A stretch of 64,000 bases of DNA from Rhodospirillales bacterium. Its GTDB lineage: Bacteria; Pseudomonadota; Alphaproteobacteria; UBA8366; JADFVY01. Positions 55,459 through 64,000 of the stretch are shown here, in pieces (the stretch's first letter is position 1; the number at the start of each line of letters is the position of its first letter). The translations under genes and the position numbers were made by a program. The notes under the pieces were generated by a model. That model had not been told where the DNA came from. It did not search any database and saw only the letters and a program-made list of their open reading frames with translations. The stretch is taken from contig CP070634.1 in assembly GCA_020356105.1 (NCBI GenBank), positions 2,555,452-2,619,451 on the forward strand, given 5' to 3'.

Positions 55459-58400
55459 TTAATCAAGCATCCGCGGTGTCTTGGGTCCGGGTGGGTCGAC
55501 CGGCTCCTGTTCCCCGTCCGAGGTTTCGGTCTGACGAAATACCCTGCGCAGGAACCCAGGCAAAAGTGTCGTCGCTTCCTGCGGATCGATATCCGGCTTG
55601 TCGAGCGGGCCCGAAACCACGAAGTTGGTTGCGATCAAGCCATCGCCCAGGATGAACCCGAGCAGGGGAATCTGTCCGATCAGCCCCTGCACGGCGTTGG
55701 CAGGCACCACCACGCCGACCAACTTCATTTGGCCTTCCCTGAAATCAAAATAGCTGCCCGCGTTCACATGGACGCCGACAGGGCCCCACGCGTCGACATC
55801 GCCGAGGACCAGAACGCCATCGTCATAGGTGAATGTACCCTCCATCCCGGTGAACGGCACACGCTCGTCCATCGCCGCCGGCAATCCGATAATCGTCACC
55901 AACTGCAGCAGCTTCAGCCCTGCGGGCGCCTGGGTCATGCGAAAATCATAGACTTCGAACGTCCCGGTCATTGCGGCACCCGCCGAGTCACGGCGCCCCC
56001 GGATCACCAGAGAGCCGCCTTCAACCTCGCCCCACCAGTCCAGCGTCCGCAGTGCCTGGCCCGCGTCCTGGGATACAACCTGAAATTCGTAGCCACTCTC
56101 GCCACGGCCATAGACCAACTCGATGTCGGCGCCCTCGTTCAGCTTGGCGGTCAGGATCGCAGACTCCCAGTGTACCCCTGTAAACTTGCCAGTGAAGTTC
56201 GCCGCATACATACGGCGCGTCTCGCTGGTTATTACTTCGTCAAACCCGGCCTTCATGGTGAAGGGCTCGGTCGTCGTTTCCTCCTCAGACACGTTCTTCC
56301 CGGGCTCTTCCAGCTTCAACAAGTGGCGCACGTCGAACCGATCGCCTTTCACATCGATCCGGTAACCGCCTCCGGGGCGATAGGTTATTCGACCGGCGAT
56401 ATCGTTTCCGCGAAATCGGGCCTTCCTGATCGTAAGCCTGCTGATATTCGAAATGTCCGGCAGAAACTCCAAGGCGAGATCCGCGTCCATGTCGGCCGTC
56501 TTCACTTTCAGGCTTTCGAAAACCAGCCCACCTTTGACCGGCATCTTGCCCTCGATGACACCCAGTCCTTCCGTTGCCGGCGGTTTTTGCCACCCGACCT
56601 CGTCCACCTTGACCAACGCCCCTCTCAAATCACCTGTTATCTCAAGCCTGTTCGGCCCCTCCTCCGGAATCGTGTACATCACTTCAGCGTCGACCGGCCC
56701 CTGCAACCAGTCGGACAGATCCGGCAGTCCCAGCGCCGCGCGTTCTGCGTCGCCCACGCGGCCAATCACAACGATACGTCTCTTGAACTCTTCTCGATTC
56801 TCGAAGTTCTCATCCCAGACAAGCGATGCCGGCACACCGTTCAACTTCACACTGCCGTCGACAAGCATTGCCCTGCGCGTCACATCGAGCTCGAGTTCCC
56901 CCTCCGTCACGACGAGCCCGAACGGCCCTTCCGTCACCACGCGCTCCAGACGCGATGAAACGGCAACCTCAAGCATATCGCCTGTGATGTTGCGGATCAG
57001 CGGCAACTCAAACCGGAGGGTCGATCTTCCGTTGCCATCCATTCGGGCCGGATCGAACCCCATCTTTCGCGTGTAATTCAGGGGCTCCTCATCGATCACT
57101 CGAAGTGCCGTGACCAGCGGCCCCTCCGCAGTGGCATCGACAATCAGCCGCGTATCGCCTTTCTTGTGGATGTCGATGATATCGACCGAACCATCGATGA
57201 TCTTGATGTCGTCCGCCAGTTTGCCGGCATTGATTGTAAAGGCGAACCGCCGGCTGTCGAAGATTGCCGTGCCGTCCAATCCGACGACCGGGGTCATCGG
57301 ACGTCGGTAGTGAACGCTGAGGTTCGAAAACGCGATGTCCCCCTCAAGCACGGGAATCGAGAGCCGCGGCTCTTCGCCTGGACCTCCGATGCGCAGCCGA
57401 ACCGTAACGGCGCCCTCATCGAGCGTCCCGCCGGTGACGTTATCCGCAACCCAGCTATGAGCCGCCGGATGGGTCCAACCCGGCCAATACCTGTGCAATT
57501 CGTCGACCGGCAAGTTTTCAAAACGAGCGTCCAGCGAGATCAGCCGTCCGGCGCCGTCCGGAGTAACCCCACCATCGGCATAAAGCGTGGTGGCTCCCAG
57601 CCCTACAACCACCTGATCCAAACGCACCGACGTGAGATTCTGGGTGACTGCGCCGACAATCCGCAGCGACCCGACATCGAGCGGCTCGCGATACAGCTCG
57701 TGCAGATCGAGCTTTCCGGCACCGGCAACAAAATCGAATCCGATGTCGTCGACACCTCCGCCGAATTGACCGCGAACGGTCAACTCGCCGCTTAGCGGCA
57801 TCTTGATGGCGGCAAGGTCCGCCAACTGAGGAATACTGGGCGCGAAGGCGGCCGGATCAATCTGCTGGAACGTTGCCGCGGCACGGTATTCCTGATTCCG
57901 GCGAACCGCGATATCGACGGACAGATCCGCTTGTCGTCCACCGTATTGGACGGTGAGCTTGGCCCCGCCCGTCACACCGGAAGTACCACGCGACAAAACG
58001 ACCTCGGCGTTCGGCGCTCGGTAATATCGACCACCCACCCGGTCCTCGAACACCACTTCGCCGTCCAATACGCTGAAACGCCGCAGATAGCGAAACGGGC
58101 CCGATTGATCGTCCTCTTCGGCGAGAAGCTCGGCAATGAGAAACCGGAGCAACGCGCGGCCGTCGGTACGTTCGGCGACGTCGCCGTCAGGCGGGGTTCT
58201 TGGGAGCGAAGCCGCCTCCGCCAGACCGAGCACGAATTCGCCGGTCTCGCTACGTGTCAGGCGGATGCGCGGCCCGATGGCGCCCAAGCTGGTGGGAGCC
58301 AGGCGTCCGTGCACCAGGGCGCGAAGAGATAACCCGAGCGACAGTTCGGGAACCCGGGCAAGCGCCGTTCCCTCGGAGGTCGTCACGGAAACCTGTGTCG

Positions 58401-58632
58401 CCCGAATGTCGATCGCATCGCGCCAACCGGCCCAAACGATGATTGTCTGCTCGATATCGACAACGAATCGTCCTCTCTCGTCGTTGAGCATCGCCTCCAA
58501 ATGCGGCGTCATGAAATCGAGAGAGATTGGACCCGTATGGAGAAGGTAGGCTGCAATACCGCCAAGCGAAATCAGCCCGGCGAACAGCATCGCCAGGAGC
58601 TCGGTAAGTATCAGGGAGGTGCGACGGACCAC
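55459..58632 (-). CDS. AsmA-like / DUF3971 (YhdP-type) large envelope protein
   Basis: 1057 aa. A single N-terminal TM helix (LILTELLAMLFAGLISLGGIAAYLL) is followed by a long beta-rich periplasmic region. The C-terminal region has VSGPLDKPDI, as in the AsmA-like C-terminus. Confidence 0.7.
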   Translation of the reverse strand: MVRRTSLILTELLAMLFAGLISLGGIAAYLLHTGPISLDFMTPHLEAMLNDERGRFVVDIEQTIIVWAGWRDAIDIRATQVSVTTSEGTALARVPELSLGLSLRALVHGRLAPTSLGAIGPRIRLTRSETGEFVLGLAEAASLPRTPPDGDVAERTDGRALLRFLIAELLAEEDDQSGPFRYLRRFSVLDGEVVFEDRVGGRYYRAPNAEVVLSRGTSGVTGGAKLTVQYGGRQADLSVDIAVRRNQEYRAAATFQQIDPAAFAPSIPQLADLAAIKMPLSGELTVRGQFGGGVDDIGFDFVAGAGKLDLHELYREPLDVGSLRIVGAVTQNLTSVRLDQVVVGLGATTLYADGGVTPDGAGRLISLDARFENLPVDELHRYWPGWTHPAAHSWVADNVTGGTLDEGAVTVRLRIGGPGEEPRLSIPVLEGDIAFSNLSVHYRRPMTPVVGLDGTAIFDSRRFAFTINAGKLADDIKIIDGSVDIIDIHKKGDTRLIVDATAEGPLVTALRVIDEEPLNYTRKMGFDPARMDGNGRSTLRFELPLIRNITGDMLEVAVSSRLERVVTEGPFGLVVTEGELELDVTRRAMLVDGSVKLNGVPASLVWDENFENREEFKRRIVVIGRVGDAERAALGLPDLSDWLQGPVDAEVMYTIPEEGPNRLEITGDLRGALVKVDEVGWQKPPATEGLGVIEGKMPVKGGLVFESLKVKTADMDADLALEFLPDISNISRLTIRKARFRGNDIAGRITYRPGGGYRIDVKGDRFDVRHLLKLEEPGKNVSEEETTTEPFTMKAGFDEVITSETRRMYAANFTGKFTGVHWESAILTAKLNEGADIELVYGRGESGYEFQVVSQDAGQALRTLDWWGEVEGGSLVIRGRRDSAGAAMTGTFEVYDFRMTQAPAGLKLLQLVTIIGLPAAMDERVPFTGMEGTFTYDDGVLVLGDVDAWGPVGVHVNAGSYFDFREGQMKLVGVVVPANAVQGLIGQIPLLGFILGDGLIATNFVVSGPLDKPDIDPQEATTLLPGFLRRVFRQTETSDGEQEPVDPPGPKTPRMLD

Positions 58633-58728
58633 CCCTCAGCGCATTCCTTTTATACAATCAGGGCCTTATGATCCTATGATAGCGCAACGACAGAGTCTTG
58701 GCCACGTTTCCGGTGTTGCCCCTCACCT

Positions 58729-61700
58729 TTGGATTGCACCGCAGCGCATAGGATTATATTCGTGATACCGCTCGATACCGATCTCATTCCTGTGCCGGCA
58801 AATCCCGAGCGCGCCAACATCGGATTGATCCGGCTTCGCGAAGCGGTTGCAGAGAACTCTGACCTCGCCGCGTTCTTCGACGAACTCGCCGACGACCGGG
58901 CGGGACGGGCGTTACTCGACGCGGTATTCGGAAACAGCCCGTATCTCGGCCGCTGCCTGATTCAGGAAGCGGGCTGCGTCCGCCAAGCGCTGGTCGACGG
59001 GCCCGACGTGACGTTCACGTCGTTGTTGTCGGACCTTGATCGATCGCTTGCTCTCGAAACCAGTTTGCGGCGAGTCACCGCCGACCTCAGACAGGCAAAA
59101 CGGAAGGCGTCCGTGATCATCGGTCTGGCGGACATAGCGGGCTTGTGGTCGCTTGCGCAGGTGACCGGTACGCTGACGGACCTCGCCGAATCGTGCCTGC
59201 ATATCGCCGCCCGGTACGTGCTGGGCTCGGCGGCTGCGCAAGGTGCGATCGCACTCGCCGATCAGGATGATCCAGAACGCGAATCCGGCTTCATCGTGCT
59301 GGGCATGGGCAAACTCGGGGCGCGGGAACTGAACTACTCCAGCGACATCGACCTTATCGTCCTGTATGACGCCGAGCGGGTGAAGGGGGTGCAAGAGGAT
59401 CAAATCGCCCCGATCTTCGTCAAAGCGACCCGACATCTGCTGCACTTGATGGATGCACGCACCGAGGACGGTTACGTCTTTCGAACGGACCTTCGGCTTC
59501 GGCCCGACCCCGGTGCGACGCCGCTTGCGATCTCCGTCGAGGCAGCCGAGGCCTATTACGAGAGCGTCGGCCAGAACTGGGAGCGCGCGGCGATGATCAA
59601 GGCCCGACCCGTCGCCGGAGACATCGTCGCCGGCGAGGCGTTCCTGCGTCAGCTGCGTCCCTATGTCTGGCGCAAGAATCTGGATTTCGCGGCGATCCAG
59701 GATGTGCACTCGATCAAGCGGCAGATCAACGCTCACCGGGGTGGGGCGAAAATCGCGGTCAACGGGCACAACATAAAACTTGGTCGCGGGGGGATTCGGG
59801 AGATCGAGTTCTTCTGCCAGACCCAGCAACTTATTTGGGGCGGACGCATGCCCGAACTGCGGTGTCGGGCGACCCTCGATACCCTGGAAACCCTGGCACG
59901 CGTAGGACGGATCGACAAGGCCACGGCCGACCAGCTGGCCGAGGCCTATGAATTCCTGCGGAAGCTCGAACACCGGCTGCAAATGATCAATGACGAGCAA
60001 ACCCACGACCTGCCCAGAGACGACGAAGGGATCGCGCGGGTTGCCATGTTCATGGGCCATCGCGACGCCATTTCTTTTCGGGACGAGCTGCTTCATCACC
60101 TCGGTCGGGTGGAGCACCATTACGCACATCTCTTCGAGGAGGCGCCCGAACTCGGCGCGGGCGGCGCATTGGTGTTCACCGGCGGTGAAAACCACCCCGA
60201 CACGGTTCAGACACTCGAAGATATGGGATTCCGCGATGGCGGTTCGGTCTCAAACATCGTCCGGAATTGGCACCACGGACGATATCGTGCGACGCGCAGC
60301 GAACGCGCCCGACAAATTCTTACCGAGCTGATGCCTCATCTCTTGAAGGCGTTCGCCAAAACCGCCAACCCCGATACGGCATTTGCACGCTTCGATGAGT
60401 TCATCGCCGGATTACCGGCGGGGGTGCAGCTGTTTTCCCTGTTCAACGCCAACCCTCCATTGCTCGACATGGTTGCCGACATCATGGGCGGCGCTCCAAG
60501 AATTGCGGACTGGTTGAGTCGCAACCCGTCGCTGCTTGACGCCGTCCTTACCGGGGATTTCCTGGAGCCGCTGGGACCGCGGGACGAACTGGCCGAAGAA
60601 CTTGAGTCGATGCTCGCTCTGGCAATCGACTACGAGGATGTCCTGACTCTTGCCCGACGATGGGCCAACGACCAGAAATTCCGGGTGGGCGTACAAATCT
60701 TGCGCGGTATAGCGGTGGGCGCCGCCGCTGGCGACGCATTGACCGCCGTGGCCGACACCGTACTCGCGGCCTTGCTGCCCCGCGTCGAGTCCGAGTTCGC
60801 TCGTCGCCATGGTCGCGTTCCCGGCGGTGGTTTGGCGGTTGTTGCGCTTGGCAAACTTGGCAGCGGCGAATTGTCGGCCGGCTCGGATCTCGATCTGGTC
60901 TTCGTCTATGACCACGATCAGGACGCGGAAGCATCGGACGGCGACAAACCTCTGGCGCCCGGCGTCTGGTTCGGAAGGCTCTGTCAGCGGCTGATCAGTG
61001 CCGTGACCGCGCCGATGGCGGAAGGCACGCTCTACGAGATTGACATGCGGCTGCGGCCGTCGGGCAACGCCGGCCCGATCGCAAGCCGGCTTGAAGGCCT
61101 CGAGCGCTATTATCGTGAAGACGCATGGACATGGGAGCACATGGCGCTGACCCGCGCACGCGTCGTCGCGGCGACGTCGCCTGATATCGGAGACCGCACG
61201 GAGACGACGATTCGCGAGACGTTGATGAAACCCCGCGATGCGGACCGGTTGTTGGTCGACGTGGCCGATATGCGACTGCGCATGGCAAGCCAGCACAAGG
61301 GGGAAAGCCCCTGGGACATCAAGCACCATCGCGGTGGTCTTGTGGACATCGAATTCATCGCCCAGTATCTCCAGCTGTTGCACGGGCCTGGACATCCCCG
61401 TGTTTTCGCTGAGAACACGGCGGAAGCTCTCGGGCGCTTGGGCGAGGCGGGAGTCGTCCCCAGCGATGCCGTCACCACGCTGGTCCAGGCGCTGAATCTT
61501 TGGTGGCGACTTCAGGATGCGTTGCGGCTGATGGCGACGGAAGCGTTCGCCGAGGAAACCGCGTCGACATCTCTGAAAGCTGCGCTCGCACGGGCCGCCA
61601 GCCTCCCGGATTTCGAGTCCCTTTGTACGGCGATGGACACCGCCTACGCCGCAGTGCAGCGAATCTACAATCAGATCATTGACGGCCCGGCCGCGGATGC

Positions 61701-61734
61701 ACGCAATCGCCTGCCCCCGGCCGAAAAAGCCTGA
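58729..61734 (+). CDS. glnE: bifunctional glutamine synthetase adenylyltransferase/adenylyl-removing enzyme
   Basis: About 990-1001 aa with two nucleotidyltransferase modules (GMGKLGARELNYSSDIDLIVLY and ALGKLGSGELSAGSDLDLVFVY). The start is uncertain: TTG 58729 in the track, with GTG 58762 plausible. Confidence 0.92.
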   Translation: MDCTAAHRIIFVIPLDTDLIPVPANPERANIGLIRLREAVAENSDLAAFFDELADDRAGRALLDAVFGNSPYLGRCLIQEAGCVRQALVDGPDVTFTSLLSDLDRSLALETSLRRVTADLRQAKRKASVIIGLADIAGLWSLAQVTGTLTDLAESCLHIAARYVLGSAAAQGAIALADQDDPERESGFIVLGMGKLGARELNYSSDIDLIVLYDAERVKGVQEDQIAPIFVKATRHLLHLMDARTEDGYVFRTDLRLRPDPGATPLAISVEAAEAYYESVGQNWERAAMIKARPVAGDIVAGEAFLRQLRPYVWRKNLDFAAIQDVHSIKRQINAHRGGAKIAVNGHNIKLGRGGIREIEFFCQTQQLIWGGRMPELRCRATLDTLETLARVGRIDKATADQLAEAYEFLRKLEHRLQMINDEQTHDLPRDDEGIARVAMFMGHRDAISFRDELLHHLGRVEHHYAHLFEEAPELGAGGALVFTGGENHPDTVQTLEDMGFRDGGSVSNIVRNWHHGRYRATRSERARQILTELMPHLLKAFAKTANPDTAFARFDEFIAGLPAGVQLFSLFNANPPLLDMVADIMGGAPRIADWLSRNPSLLDAVLTGDFLEPLGPRDELAEELESMLALAIDYEDVLTLARRWANDQKFRVGVQILRGIAVGAAAGDALTAVADTVLAALLPRVESEFARRHGRVPGGGLAVVALGKLGSGELSAGSDLDLVFVYDHDQDAEASDGDKPLAPGVWFGRLCQRLISAVTAPMAEGTLYEIDMRLRPSGNAGPIASRLEGLERYYREDAWTWEHMALTRARVVAATSPDIGDRTETTIRETLMKPRDADRLLVDVADMRLRMASQHKGESPWDIKHHRGGLVDIEFIAQYLQLLHGPGHPRVFAENTAEALGRLGEAGVVPSDAVTTLVQALNLWWRLQDALRLMATEAFAEETASTSLKAALARAASLPDFESLCTAMDTAYAAVQRIYNQIIDGPAADARNRLPPAEKA

Positions 61735-61822
61735 GAAAATCTGGTCTGGCTTGATCTGTCGTTGCGCTGCCGTATATCGGTGAGCGACCAGAGACGCAAA
61801 CCTTTGACAGGAGAGACTGAAC

Positions 61823-62287
61823 ATGACCCTCGACGCCGGCGACAAGGCCCCGGATTTCACGTTGCCCACCGATGGCAATGGTGAGTTTTCGCTGTCCCGC
61901 CTGAAGGGCAAGCCGGTGGTGCTGTATTTCTATCCCAAGGACGACACGTCGGGCTGCACCAAGGAAGCCATGGGGTTTCGCGATGCGCTAGGGGCGTTCG
62001 AGAAGGCTGGCGTCGCAGTCGTCGGCGTCTCAAAGGACAGCGTCGCCAAGCACGACAAGTTCAAGTCCAAATACGATCTCAACTTCCCGCTGGTGTCCGA
62101 CGAGGACGGCGCACTGTGCGAGGCCTATGGAGTCTGGGTCGAGAAATCCATGTACGGACGCAAATATATGGGTATCGAGCGATCCACCTTCCTGATCGAC
62201 GCAGAGGGCAAGATCGCGAAAACATGGCGAAAGGTGAAGATCCCGGGCCATGTTGACGAGGTCTTGGCGGCCGTGCAGGCGCTCTGA
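61823..62287 (+). CDS. bcp: thioredoxin-dependent peroxiredoxin Bcp
   Basis: 154 aa, VLYFYPKDDTSGCTKEA...GVSKDSVAKHDKF. AGGAGAG lies upstream. Confidence 0.92.
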   Translation: MTLDAGDKAPDFTLPTDGNGEFSLSRLKGKPVVLYFYPKDDTSGCTKEAMGFRDALGAFEKAGVAVVGVSKDSVAKHDKFKSKYDLNFPLVSDEDGALCEAYGVWVEKSMYGRKYMGIERSTFLIDAEGKIAKTWRKVKIPGHVDEVLAAVQAL

Positions 62288-62447
62288 GTGCAGGCCTGCC
62301 CTTACCGAAAATCGCCAAACTGCGCCCGCAACAGGCCAGTCGTCATCGTCAGTGCCTGTGGCAGCCGGCCGCCATGGCCGGGGCCGGACGCGCCGGCGCC
62401 CCGTCCAAAACCGCACAGCTCGAATTAGCGAATATATAAAGATTCTT

Positions 62448-62476
62448 TTGACATAGATAAAAATAATTTCTATATG
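62448..62476 (+). promoter_or_regulatory. sigma70-like promoter: TTGACA, 17-nt spacer, TATATG, in the most AT-rich patch of the window
   Basis: The -35 is 62448-62453 and the -10 is 62471-62476 (4/6 match). The ATG of the next ORF begins 8 nt after the -10, and there is no Shine-Dalgarno sequence. Confidence 0.4.
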
Positions 62477-62483
62477 CGGCGTC

Positions 62484-62786
62484 ATGCATGGATCGACGAC
62501 CATAGCGCCGCACAACGTCGACGCCCTTGCCGAGCGCCTGGCGCAATTATACGAGACCGCGTTCGCCGGCAAGCCTCGGGGCCGCTACCGGCTGTCGATG
62601 AAGCATCTGCGACAGCTGACCGGCTGTCGCCGGGTGTATCCCGAAACCGTGTCCGCCATCGCACGCGCCCTGTATGAGCGCGGCTATGTGCTGATAGACA
62701 TGGAGACTTATTTCGTCGTGCTGAGTCAGCGGACCTTTTCCAGCTACCGCCGTGTCAACGACGCGGCTCTCGGCCGCCTCCGCTAG
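62484..62786 (+). CDS. hypothetical 100-aa protein, first gene of the rimK operon
   Basis: MHGSTTIAPHNVDALAERLAQLYETAFAGKPRGRYRLSMKHLRQLTGCRRVYPETVSAIARALYERGYVLIDME... Composition is balanced and GC3 is high. It ends 11 nt before the next gene. I recognise no family. Confidence 0.6.
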   Translation: MHGSTTIAPHNVDALAERLAQLYETAFAGKPRGRYRLSMKHLRQLTGCRRVYPETVSAIARALYERGYVLIDMETYFVVLSQRTFSSYRRVNDAALGRLR

Positions 62787-62797
62787 CCGTAACCGCC

Positions 62798-63352
62798 ATG
62801 CGGAAGATTCGCGACCCTGCCGCCCCCGGGCCGGCAAAGAAGCGCCGGCGGCGGCGCAAATTCAAGCAGATTATCGGGTGGCGCGAATGGATCGCCCTGC
62901 CGGGGCTCGGGATTGAACGTATCAAGGCGAAAATCGATACAGGCGCCCGCACTGCCGCGCTGCATGCCTGGCACATCGAACGCTTCAAGCGCGATGGCGA
63001 GCCGTGGGTGCGTTTCGAGGTCCACCCCGTGCAGCGGAACAACCGGATACGCGCGACCTGTGAGGCGCGGCTGGCAGGGATAAAAGCAGTCCGCAATTCC
63101 GGCGGCGATCTGGAGACCCGGTTCGTGATCGTTACCGAGGTGACGCTCGGCATCCAGACTTGGCCGATCGAAGTGACCCTGACCAACCGAGACGAAATGG
63201 GGTTCCGCATGCTTCTGGGACGCGCGTCGGTGCGCGGCCATTTTGTTGTCGACCCCTCGACCTCCTACCGCGCCCTAAAACATCAGGCGGTGCTGAAGCG
63301 ACCCGGCACCCGCGTATCGTCGAAACACGAACCGAGGGGGACACTTACATGA
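62798..63352 (+). CDS. RimB-type retropepsin-like protease ('ATP-dependent zinc protease' family, PF05618-like)
   Basis: 184 aa. [32 protein letters not shown] carries the DTGA motif, and MLLGRASV follows later. The N-terminus is unusual: [12 protein letters not shown]. Confidence 0.8.
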   Translation: MRKIRDPAAPGPAKKRRRRRKFKQIIGWREWIALPGLGIERIKAKIDTGARTAALHAWHIERFKRDGEPWVRFEVHPVQRNNRIRATCEARLAGIKAVRNSGGDLETRFVIVTEVTLGIQTWPIEVTLTNRDEMGFRMLLGRASVRGHFVVDPSTSYRALKHQAVLKRPGTRVSSKHEPRGTLT

Positions 63353-64000
63353 AGATCCTTATGCTGGCCCGCAACCCGCATCTTTATTCGCACAAACGTC
63401 TGGTTGAGGCGGCACATGAGCACGGTCACGACGTGCGGATCGTCAATACCCTGCAATGTTACATGAACATCACCTCGCACCGCCCGGCGGTGCTCTACAA
63501 GGGAGAGCCCTTGCGGGGTTACGATGCGGTGATTCCGCGCATCGGCGCGTCGGTCACGTTCTACGGCCTCGCGGTGCTGCGACAATTCGAGATGATGGGC
63601 GTCTACCCCCTAAACGAATCGGTCGCGATCGGCCGCTCTCGCGATAAATTGCGCTCGCTGCAATTGCTGTCGCGTGCCGGACTCGGCCTGCCAGTCACCG
63701 CTTTTGCGAGCGATCCGAAGCAGACAGATGAAGTCCTCGAAATCGCCGGTGGTGCGCCGGTCGTCATCAAGCTCCTGGAGGGCACACAGGGCATCGGCGT
63801 GGTGCTGGGTGAGACCCACAAATCGGCCAAGTCGGTGATCGAAGCGTTCCGCGGCGCAAAGGTGAACATCCTGGTTCAAGAATTCATCAAGGAGGCCGGC
63901 GGCACTGACATCCGGGCGCTGGTCGTCGGCGAACGGGTGGTGGCCGCGATGGAGCGCACCGGCGCCGTCGACGATTTCCGCTCGAACCTGCATCGCGGCG
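63349..64000 (+). CDS. rimK: ribosomal protein S6--L-glutamate ligase RimK (ATP-grasp), 5' part; runs off the right edge
   Basis: Own translation from ATG 63349 (ATGA overlap): [41 protein letters not shown]...[34 protein letters not shown]...[18 protein letters not shown]...[21 protein letters not shown]. Confidence 0.92.
   Translation, partial: MKILMLARNPHLYSHKRLVEAAHEHGHDVRIVNTLQCYMNITSHRPAVLYKGEPLRGYDAVIPRIGASVTFYGLAVLRQFEMMGVYPLNESVAIGRSRDKLRSLQLLSRAGLGLPVTAFASDPKQTDEVLEIAGGAPVVIKLLEGTQGIGVVLGETHKSAKSVIEAFRGAKVNILVQEFIKEAGGTDIRALVVGERVVAAMERTGAVDDFRSNLHRG

Overview
High-GC (about 65-70 % by spot counts) chromosomal segment that looks alphaproteobacterial; that assignment is an inference from gene content, the suf/rrf2 layout and 'LILSLSKD'-type intergenic repeats. 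I can support about 62 protein-coding genes, one tRNA(CAT), a few intrinsic terminators and several repeat or operator-like elements. I found no rRNA, CRISPR array, transposase or integrase.

Layout from left to right:
- 1-7.5 kb: a lipid-catabolism-like block (kinase-fold protein, ACAD, SDR, nitronate monooxygenase), then trkH-trkA and a class I fumarase.
- 7.5-8.1 kb: a 588-bp gene-free gap filled with palindromic repeat elements.
- 8.1-13.1 kb: five translationally coupled genes, namely a NicX-like dioxygenase, an alpha/beta hydrolase, an ACAD-fold flavoprotein, a CoA ligase and YjbQ.
- 14.9-19.7 kb: a bacterial AorABC-type (tungsten/molybdopterin) aldehyde:ferredoxin oxidoreductase cluster flanked by two MoaD-like genes, followed by a degenerate hemerythrin.
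- 20.3-23.3 kb: tRNA-CAT, a NarL/HisKA_3 two-component pair, and a divergent membrane-anchored Asp/Gly-rich protein built from a 69-bp tandem repeat. mnmA follows.
- 25.1-42.6 kb: a large envelope-glycan region. It holds a polyprenyl-phosphate sugar synthase-type GT2, three large polytopic membrane proteins (two with GT-C-type motifs), rmlBACD, a Wzx flippase, two sulfotransferases, and RgpF-, GT2- and GT4-type transferases.
- 42.6-52.3 kb: a 13-gene co-directional Fe-S cluster region, in transcription order cysE, rrf2, cysteine desulfurase, rrf2, sufBCD, sufS, sufU, sufT, sufA, fdx.
- 52.5-64 kb: housekeeping genes (alpha/beta hydrolase, cheZ-like, tyrS, AsmA-like, glnE, bcp).
- Right edge: a rimK operon led by an unrecognised small gene.

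The candidates most worth follow-up are the sulfotransferase/rhamnose glycan locus with its polyprenyl-phosphate sugar synthase and large membrane proteins, the NicX-like/CoA-ligase operon, the small gene and apparently leaderless promoter in front of rimB-rimK, and the non-canonical MoaD-like gene with its convergent small gene beside the aor cluster.

All functional calls come from reading the translated ORFs by eye. No database search was possible.
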